Positions 10,075-16,602 of a stretch of 64,000 nucleotides of DNA are shown piece after piece. Source of the stretch: a virus (lineage: Duplodnaviria; Caudoviricetes); the IMG/VR virus record IMGVR_UViG_3300046733_000629; one strand, written 5' to 3'. Positions within the stretch are counted from its first letter, which is position 1; each line of letters starts with the position of its first letter. Position numbers and translations under genes: made by a program. The notes beneath the pieces are model-generated. The model had not been told where the DNA came from. It saw nothing but the letters and a program-made list of their open reading frames with translations, and did not search any database.

Positions 10075-10680
10075 GTTCTTGATGTCTTACGACATCATCA
10101 TTATCACAAAGCTAACGCTTTGTTCAATGCATATTGCTTACGCTTAATTAAAGTATCAAACTGTATTAGATAAAAAGCAATTTTTTAGATCTTAATTTAT
10201 ATTAATATTTATCTTGTTCCTTGGCAAGATATTTTATTCACACTTAGCCTACTACGGGCCAAGTGTAAAATGAGTTCTTGGCATAGAACAGCACCCACAT
10301 TACCATAGTAAACCTAGTTTAACACCTAGGAAGGGCGGTTACGCTGTACCCTTATTACATACTGCCTTTCTAACGCAGAAACATCCGGAGCCATGGTATC
10401 GACTTTTGGACTATCCTCAAGTTACGAGCGTTCGTAGAGCTTGATCTTTTTGATTTGTCAAATCAGTGTATTGACATTTGCAGGCACACCAGTATCTAGT
10501 CACGTGAATTCGTAACCTCAAGGTGAGTCGACCAACGCCGACCAAACGGAGCCTTGTTGCCTGTGTTAGTTTTGTATTAGCCTATATTTGCGAGATTTGG
10601 TATCTGTGTATTTTGGTTTGTATTAGTAATTATCTGATGCTTTAATTATTAGCTGATAACGCAATTAAAACCTTAATTCT
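10075..10680 (-). ncRNA. Candidate large structured non-coding RNA, family not recognised
   Basis: No credible ORF; core is GC-richer than flanks; at least 10 stems; G.U pairs and a GNRA (GUAA) loop work only on the minus strand; own sigma70 promoter at 10685-10713. Confidence 0.65.
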
Positions 10681-10684
10681 TGTT

Positions 10685-10713
10685 ATACTAACAAGAAAAA
10701 TATGCGTTGTCAA
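10685..10713 (-). promoter_or_regulatory. Sigma70-type promoter driving the candidate ncRNA
   Basis: TTGACA-17 nt-TAGTAT; the -35 box contains the TGA stop of the GIY-YIG gene; the -10 box lies within a perfect 9-bp inverted repeat (10677-10697). Confidence 0.75.
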
Positions 10714-11153
10714 CCTTTTTTCAGATGTTCTGTAAGAATTTTTGAACTGCCAACCCTTACATTAATAATGCCGTTATAGTATTCATCGGTTTCTAATACT
10801 CTACGGTCAAATTGTTCTTTAGCTTCTAAATAGCTTGCAACACCTCTACTAGGACAAAAATGTAATATTTCTCTAGTAAATTTATCTGCTCCAAGTGTTA
10901 GTACGTCAGCATTTAAATGATCTGACGAACCCCAATAAGTCTGCCAATCACTTTCTTTAGTGCCACGTCTTTTATTCTTTTTACCCTTTAACGGTGGTTT
11001 AGTTGTTTTGAACTTTGCTAGTTTCTTACCAATGTACTTACGATCATTAGTAAGGTTAGTTATTAAGTATACAAATGCTTCTACGCCGTCTGGTATCTCA
11101 GTGATTATTTTATTTTTGTATGTCCAAGGGACTGTCTTCTTTGTACCACTCAT
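10710..11153 (-). CDS. GIY-YIG family endonuclease (catalytic domain only)
   Basis: FVYLITNLTNDRKYIGKK, WQTYWGSS, YLEAKEQ (catalytic Glu) and YYNG (Asn); 147 aa with no C-terminal DNA-binding domain. Confidence 0.85.
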   Translation of the reverse strand: MSGTKKTVPWTYKNKIITEIPDGVEAFVYLITNLTNDRKYIGKKLAKFKTTKPPLKGKKNKRRGTKESDWQTYWGSSDHLNADVLTLGADKFTREILHFCPSRGVASYLEAKEQFDRRVLETDEYYNGIINVRVGSSKILTEHLKKG

Positions 11154-11277
11154 CTATTAATCTTTTAATTCTGTCTAATGCGTCCATTCCTATAGATGCT
11201 TGTTCTATTGTGAAGGGAGCATGCTTTAACACATACTCTTTATCTTCTAATACAAATTCTTCTTGATCTTTATGCAT
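11110..11277 (-). CDS. Small hypothetical protein (55 aa), not in the ORF track
   Basis: MHKDQEEFVLEDKEYVLKHAPFTIEQASIGMDALDRIKRLIDEWYKEDSPLDIQK; start overlaps the gp46 stop, end overlaps the GIY-YIG start. Confidence 0.45.
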   Translation of the reverse strand: MHKDQEEFVLEDKEYVLKHAPFTIEQASIGMDALDRIKRLIDEWYKEDSPLDIQK

Positions 11278-13045
11278 CAATTACTTCAATCTCAGTATTA
11301 AAAGTAGTGAAGCCATTTTCTTTTGTAACTTGTAGAACGCTGTTAACACGACCCACTAATTCATCTCGATGAGATATAAGTAAAATATTTTTTCCACGAT
11401 CACGTTCCATTTTCTTTAATACACTTAATGCACTTTCAACACCAATTGTATCCATACCGCTATCAACAAGTTCGTCAATGCATACTAAGTTAATAGGATG
11501 ATTCATGCTTTCAAATACATCACGGAAACTCCAACTAAGACCTAGTATTAATCTGTTACGTTCACCTCTTGACAAATTATCAAAGTCTAAGTCTTGTCCA
11601 AGTTGTGTAATAGTTACAGTTAAGTCACTTTGGAATTGTACTTCATGTGGTAAACCTAAACGTGTAATATAATATTCTAAACGTGTGTTTAAGAATTGTA
11701 AATTTTGTTCAATAATCTTTTTACGAATAAAACTATCTTTGTTTGTAAGTAGTTTCAATAAAAAGTCTTGATGTTCTTTTAATTCAGTAAGTCTATTAAC
11801 TTCTGTCCAACTTACTTCTTGTAACCCAGTATTTTTTAATGCTTCAATTTGTTCTGTATATGGGTCTAATTCCTTTTCAGTATTCTCAAGTAATATTTTA
11901 TTTTCTTTAATTTTATTTTGATGTTCGTATGCTTCGTTCAAACTATTATATTCAATACGTGGTGCAATGCCAATATCGCCAATTTCTTCAACAGCAAGTT
12001 TGTATTCTTCCATTGCTGATGTATCATCGTCAATATGTTTTTGAGAATCATTAACTAGTTCTGTTTTTTGTTCTACTATTTTATCATGTTGCTCATCATG
12101 TATTTCTTGTCCACATGCATAGCATTTATGTTCTAAAGTAGAATCTAAATCTGTTTGTGCCTTGTTTAAACGTTTTTGTTCACGTTCAATACTACTAGTA
12201 AGTCTTGCTATTTCAGCAGTTAATGTATCTCTTTGATTTTTCTTTTCATTGAATTGTGCAAACTCAGCATGTGATTTAATTTCAGCGTCAATATCAATAT
12301 GTTCTAATGCATTAACTTCACTAGCATATTCATTTATTTTTTCAATCTGTTTACTAGCCCAATGAGTTTGTCTACGTTCTAAATCTTTAATACTACTACC
12401 AATACGTTCATTGGCATCTTCAATGCCTTTTATTCGAAATGTTTCTTCAGTAATTCTATCTTTAGTATTCTTAGTTAAGTCTTTTAATATATTTGCTTTT
12501 TGACTAAGTTTTGTAATACCTAACAGTTGTTCAATCATCTCACGTTGATCATTTGCTCGCATACTTAAGAATGGTTCTGTGTATGTGTTTAATGCACAAA
12601 TATGCTTAAACATTGTATGACTCATACCAAGTACATCTTCAATAACTGCTTGGCTTTGTCTACCTTCGCCTTGCATTTCGTCGGTGATGCCTTCGTTGTT
12701 ATCAACATCGTTTACTAAGAACTTAAATATGTTAGGCTTACGTCCACGTTCAATTCTGTAACTTACACCGTCTTTTTCAAAGTCGCAAGTTACCATCATA
12801 TTCTTATTATTAGTTTTATTAACTAGATTATCTTTTTTAATATTGTAAAGTGCATTGCCATACAATGCATAACTTAATGCATTAATAATAGTAGTCTTAC
12901 CAGTACCATTACGAGAACCATCTCCTCCTAAGTCAATGTTATTACCTAATACAAGTGTTAAGCCGTGTACGTCAAAGTGTACAGCCTGTGTGACATTACC
13001 CACACTCATAAAATTCTTTACGGTGATATTTTTAATTGTTAGCAT
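11270..13045 (-). CDS. Recombination nuclease ATPase subunit (T4 gp46 / Rad50 / SbcC-like)
   Basis: Walker A RNGTGKTT, Zn-hook CYACG inside a coiled coil, signature LSRGE, Walker B IDELVD, H-loop ISHR. Confidence 0.95.
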   Translation of the reverse strand: MLTIKNITVKNFMSVGNVTQAVHFDVHGLTLVLGNNIDLGGDGSRNGTGKTTIINALSYALYGNALYNIKKDNLVNKTNNKNMMVTCDFEKDGVSYRIERGRKPNIFKFLVNDVDNNEGITDEMQGEGRQSQAVIEDVLGMSHTMFKHICALNTYTEPFLSMRANDQREMIEQLLGITKLSQKANILKDLTKNTKDRITEETFRIKGIEDANERIGSSIKDLERRQTHWASKQIEKINEYASEVNALEHIDIDAEIKSHAEFAQFNEKKNQRDTLTAEIARLTSSIEREQKRLNKAQTDLDSTLEHKCYACGQEIHDEQHDKIVEQKTELVNDSQKHIDDDTSAMEEYKLAVEEIGDIGIAPRIEYNSLNEAYEHQNKIKENKILLENTEKELDPYTEQIEALKNTGLQEVSWTEVNRLTELKEHQDFLLKLLTNKDSFIRKKIIEQNLQFLNTRLEYYITRLGLPHEVQFQSDLTVTITQLGQDLDFDNLSRGERNRLILGLSWSFRDVFESMNHPINLVCIDELVDSGMDTIGVESALSVLKKMERDRGKNILLISHRDELVGRVNSVLQVTKENGFTTFNTEIEVIDA

Positions 13046-13047
13046 GT

Positions 13048-14070
13048 TTACGATGTTAATCCTGTATAAATGTCTACTAATAGTTCTTTTTTGATAGTAT
13101 CGCTTTGTACTGAATCTAGTTGTGATAATACAATACTGTCTACATTTTCAACTTGTATATCAACTCCTTTATTCCAGTCTTGTGTATGCTCTTCTTTCTT
13201 ACTTGGCATAAGAGCAATCTCACGTAAGTCATATTGTTTAGCAAATGTTTCTTTAATAAAGTTTGCTTCTTCATATGTTATACCTACGTCAAGTGTTACA
13301 CGACAATAAGTTTTGTCTGACAAAAACTTGTCTGGGTCGTCAATAAGTTTACTTAATGTAAGTGTACGATATTTAGGTGCATCAGGCCATTTTAGATATT
13401 CGATAGTACCATCCCAATCTAAAATAGTACAACCACGTTCATCATCCCATGCATCAGCATAGTTATGTGGAAAACAATTACCTGGATAAATTACATTACC
13501 GTGTTGTTGTCTTTTATGAAAGTGTCCACTAAACACCATTTCGGGTCCTGATAAATCTTCTGCTTTTAGTCCACCATGATCTGGCATCTGTACCATTGCA
13601 TTCATATAGAAACTAGGTAGTTCAAAATGACCAAACATATATTTACATTTAATATCTCTCAACGACTTCCATTCGTCATCACATAGCCATGGAATAAATG
13701 CAACACCGTCTTCAACAAAACGCTGATCATTTATCATTCTAATCTTAGGAAAATCTTCAATCATAGACAAACTATGAATCTCACGTTTTTCTCTATAATA
13801 GAGATCGTGATTTCCTGTAATCATAATAACTTCATCGAAGTTATCATTTAGTCTACGTAAATTACTTGTTGTATAGTTTAATGTACTAACATTAATACTT
13901 GCACGATTATGATGCCAGTCACCTAAGAAGAAACATTTTTTAATACCTCTATTATGTGCCTCTGATATCATCCAATCAATAAAGTCTTCACAATCTTGAT
14001 TGTGATGCCGACTATTATTCTTCATGCCAAAGTGAATGTCAGTAAAAATTATTGCTTTGTCAAAAAACAT
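13048..14070 (-). CDS. Recombination nuclease subunit (T4 gp47 / Mre11 / SbcD-like)
   Basis: Metallophosphoesterase motifs FTDIHFG, LGDWHH, GNHD, GHFE, SGHFH. Confidence 0.95.
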   Translation of the reverse strand: MFFDKAIIFTDIHFGMKNNSRHHNQDCEDFIDWMISEAHNRGIKKCFFLGDWHHNRASINVSTLNYTTSNLRRLNDNFDEVIMITGNHDLYYREKREIHSLSMIEDFPKIRMINDQRFVEDGVAFIPWLCDDEWKSLRDIKCKYMFGHFELPSFYMNAMVQMPDHGGLKAEDLSGPEMVFSGHFHKRQQHGNVIYPGNCFPHNYADAWDDERGCTILDWDGTIEYLKWPDAPKYRTLTLSKLIDDPDKFLSDKTYCRVTLDVGITYEEANFIKETFAKQYDLREIALMPSKKEEHTQDWNKGVDIQVENVDSIVLSQLDSVQSDTIKKELLVDIYTGLTS

Positions 14071-14988
14071 TTATTCTCCAGTTTCTTCTGCTTCAGGTTC
14101 GCTATCTGTAATATATACTGTTTTCTTTAATGTTGGATTCTTTTCTTTGAGAGCTTGTTCACGTTCTTCGTGTGCTTTCCACTCTGCATTAAATGTTCTA
14201 GTATTACTTGGATTCAAACCTTCTTCTTCTAATAAGTCATCTCTAATGTTCTGACTACGTTTTTCTAAATTAAGAACTCTTGTAAAACTATTGTTAATAG
14301 CGGCAGTATAATATGCAAATGGATTTTGTGATTTAAATTCATTAAACTGTAATCCAATTTGTGCCAACTGTAGTAATGCTTGTCCACGCATTTCGTCTAC
14401 ATAAGTGTATCCACGCCAGTTACCACGCATACTGTATCTCTCACATAGTTTGATATACATACGAGCTAGTCTATCGTTTGTTTTTCCATGGTCTACACTA
14501 AAATGACCGTTATCTCTTCCACCTTCCCAATGACTACGAGCTACTTCTTCTAGATCGCCTTCAATGTACGCATAATGCTTAAATGGTGGGAAGTTACATT
14601 TAGCATGTAAATCTGCTTCTGTTTTTGGTTTGTTTTTTCTGTTTTCTTGTGGGACATGATCAAATGTCATTACTCTAACCACAATATCATCGTCTTGAAT
14701 AGTGTCTATATCTACTGCGAAATCTGCTGCCCTGGGTTTAGTTTTTTTACCTGTTAAACCTTTTTCCCATCTTTTAACTTCAGCTTCGTGTGCTAGTTTC
14801 TGTAATCTTTTTGCTCTATTCTGTTTAGCTTCTGCAGTCACTTCCTTAGTTATTGCATCTAAGCCTTCAACAATAATATCATAATGAGTATACTGATCAT
14901 CACGTGCCCAGCAATAAGACATCTTACTACTGTGTATCTCTCTTAACAAATCTTTGTTTGTTAAGTAAAATTGTTTTGGTGTTTTCAT
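14071..14988 (-). CDS. Late-transcription sigma factor (T4 gp55-like)
   Basis: YLTNKDLL N-terminus; NWRGYTYVDEM and FNEFKSQNPFAYYT..INNSF..L..EK motifs; adjacent to gp47/gp46. Confidence 0.87.
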   Translation of the reverse strand: MKTPKQFYLTNKDLLREIHSSKMSYCWARDDQYTHYDIIVEGLDAITKEVTAEAKQNRAKRLQKLAHEAEVKRWEKGLTGKKTKPRAADFAVDIDTIQDDDIVVRVMTFDHVPQENRKNKPKTEADLHAKCNFPPFKHYAYIEGDLEEVARSHWEGGRDNGHFSVDHGKTNDRLARMYIKLCERYSMRGNWRGYTYVDEMRGQALLQLAQIGLQFNEFKSQNPFAYYTAAINNSFTRVLNLEKRSQNIRDDLLEEEGLNPSNTRTFNAEWKAHEEREQALKEKNPTLKKTVYITDSEPEAEETGE

Positions 14989-15011
14989 TAAAATATTCCT
15001 TTGTTAGCGTT

Positions 15012-15040
15012 ATTATACGTAAGTACTAGTTGATTGTCAA
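15012..15040 (-). promoter_or_regulatory. Consensus sigma70 promoter for the gp55-gp47-gp46-GIY-YIG operon
   Basis: Perfect TTGACA-17 nt-TATAAT. Confidence 0.85.
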
Positions 15041-15085
15041 CCGGTTTTTTAAAATGATAAATACTAACGAACGGAGAGTAGTATC

Positions 15086-15694
15086 ATGCTAATTGAACAC
15101 ATATTAACAGAGGGTGTAAACAATATTGCCGTATTTTATGGCGGTCGTTTTCAACCTATGCACCAAGGACACAAAGATGTTTATAAACATTTGTGTAATA
15201 AGTTTGGTGCCGATAACGTATTTATTGCTACAACTTTTAGCCAAAAAGCAAAAAAAGCACACGCTGGCGGCGACTTTAGTAGTGATCCATTTACGTTTGA
15301 TGAAAAAGCAAGCATCATGAGAAAGATGTTTGACATACCAGGAGATAAGATTGTTAACACAAATCCTTATAGACCAGACCTAGCCGCAGTAAACAGAGAC
15401 CCTGGAGATACTGCTACAATACTAGTATATGGTGCAAAGGATGCAGATAGGTTAGCAACAGGAACAGGATTCTTACATAAAATGCCAGAAGACATGGATG
15501 AACTAATTCCAACTGCCCAAGATAGAGGTTACGTTTACGTAGCTCCATTAATGCAAGGCGGAATGAGTGCAAGTGACTTTAGAGCAACTATGGCTAGTGC
15601 TGCACCTGATGAAGAAAAGCAAAAGAGCTTTACTAATTTCTTTGGTAAATTTGATCCAAATGTATTTGGATTCATTAAGGAGCGTCTAACGTAA
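15086..15694 (+). CDS. HxGH nucleotidyltransferase (NadM/NadR NMNAT- or cytidylyltransferase-like)
   Basis: VFYGGRFQPMHQGH motif, PFTFDEK, C-terminal MSASDFR (KMSKS-equivalent); late promoter ATAAATA near 15057. Confidence 0.8.
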   Translation: MLIEHILTEGVNNIAVFYGGRFQPMHQGHKDVYKHLCNKFGADNVFIATTFSQKAKKAHAGGDFSSDPFTFDEKASIMRKMFDIPGDKIVNTNPYRPDLAAVNRDPGDTATILVYGAKDADRLATGTGFLHKMPEDMDELIPTAQDRGYVYVAPLMQGGMSASDFRATMASAAPDEEKQKSFTNFFGKFDPNVFGFIKERLT

Positions 15695-16317
15695 TGGCTG
15701 GTATAGCAGACAAGAATAAAGCATCGCTTGTACTTAAAAAACAAGGTAAACCATTTTTTACACTTGGAATCTTAAATCCATTAAAGGATGCAGGAGGTGT
15801 TGAGTTTCCGTTCACACCTACTATTCAGATATCACACCAAACATCTTATGGACAATACGATGTTCCAGGTTCTAATTATCAACAGCAATACTACATGAAT
15901 ACTCCAAACCCAAGTATATCAGTAACAGCAATGTTTGCCGCTAATTCAGATGAAGAAGCAAGATATACAGCAGCCGCATTACACTTTTTTAAAACATGTA
16001 CTAAATCAGATTTTGGTGCTACAAGACAAGCAACCGCAGGTACACCACCTCCTATATTAAAATTTAATTGCTATGGGTCTGTTCACGCTAATAATGTTCC
16101 ATGTGTAATACGAAGCTTTAACTATACGTTACCAGAAGATACTGATTATGTAGATGTATCCACAGGCAACGAGACAATGAGTATACCAGCATTATTGCTA
16201 GTCAGTTTAGAACTAGCACCTCAACTTACTCCAAAGAATGTAAAAGATGAATTTAACATAGCTACCTTTGCTAGTGGACTTGCATTAAAAGGTGGAAACA
16301 ACGGAGGGTTTATTTAA
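15694..16317 (+). CDS. Baseplate/tail tube initiator (gp48/gp54-like)
   Basis: GVEFPFTPTI..SH...Y....GSNY, GTPPPILKFNCYG...NVPCVIRSFNYTLP pattern; first gene of the baseplate operon. Confidence 0.6.
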   Translation: MAGIADKNKASLVLKKQGKPFFTLGILNPLKDAGGVEFPFTPTIQISHQTSYGQYDVPGSNYQQQYYMNTPNPSISVTAMFAANSDEEARYTAAALHFFKTCTKSDFGATRQATAGTPPPILKFNCYGSVHANNVPCVIRSFNYTLPEDTDYVDVSTGNETMSIPALLLVSLELAPQLTPKNVKDEFNIATFASGLALKGGNNGGFI

Positions 16318-16601
16318 TGGAAAAATATAGAACAGATAGTTTATATAGAAACACAGAAGTAGTTGGTTCTAAATTTTTAGATGTATTATCAATTGATAAT
16401 ATTGACGTTAAGAATACAATTACAAAAACTATAACGCTAGAACCAAAACACAATGAGCGTCCAGACTTATTAGCATATGAGTTATATGGAAACTCAAAAC
16501 TATGGTGGGCATTTGCGTTGTTTAATCAAGACAAACTTCAAGACCCTATTATAGATTTTAAATCAGGGCTACATATTATAGTTCCTGTAAGGTTCGCATA
16601 A
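16317..16601 (+). CDS. Baseplate wedge LysM-like protein (gp53 / P2 gpX-like)
   Basis: RPDLLAYELYGNSKLWWAFALFN...DPI.DFKSG motif. Confidence 0.8.
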   Translation: MEKYRTDSLYRNTEVVGSKFLDVLSIDNIDVKNTITKTITLEPKHNERPDLLAYELYGNSKLWWAFALFNQDKLQDPIIDFKSGLHIIVPVRFA

Positions 16602-16602
16602 C

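Noticed and set aside
10205-10425. RNase P RNA resemblance: GAGGAUAGUCC (like CR-I GAGGAAAGUCC) with a compensatory-looking GGCUAA downstream, plus AGAUAAAU and AACCGCC words
   Set aside because: Only 5 bp of P4 would form, the GGCUAA sits in a 13-bp local hairpin, there is no ACAGAA before it, and the CR-IV-like word comes after rather than before it. A cmsearch with RF00010/RF00011 would settle it.
10405-10510. Group I intron R/S-like words (UUCACGUGACUAGA and GAUAGUCC) that could form P7
   Set aside because: No P3 partner directly after R, no P/Q (P4) elements and no interrupted host gene: both flanking ORFs are complete.
10325-10532. Six 6-bp palindromes (CCTAGG, TCCGGA, CCATGG, CACGTG, GAATTC, GTCGAC) in about 210 bp
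   Set aside because: Roughly 3 are expected by chance, so the excess is too small to claim separately; noted only as a possible dimerisation feature of the RNA.
10384-10550. tmRNA-like 5' word GGAGCCAUGGUAUCGAC on the plus strand
   Set aside because: No matching acceptor 3' strand with T-arm and CCA, no tag reading frame, and the G.U pairs and promoter favour the minus strand.
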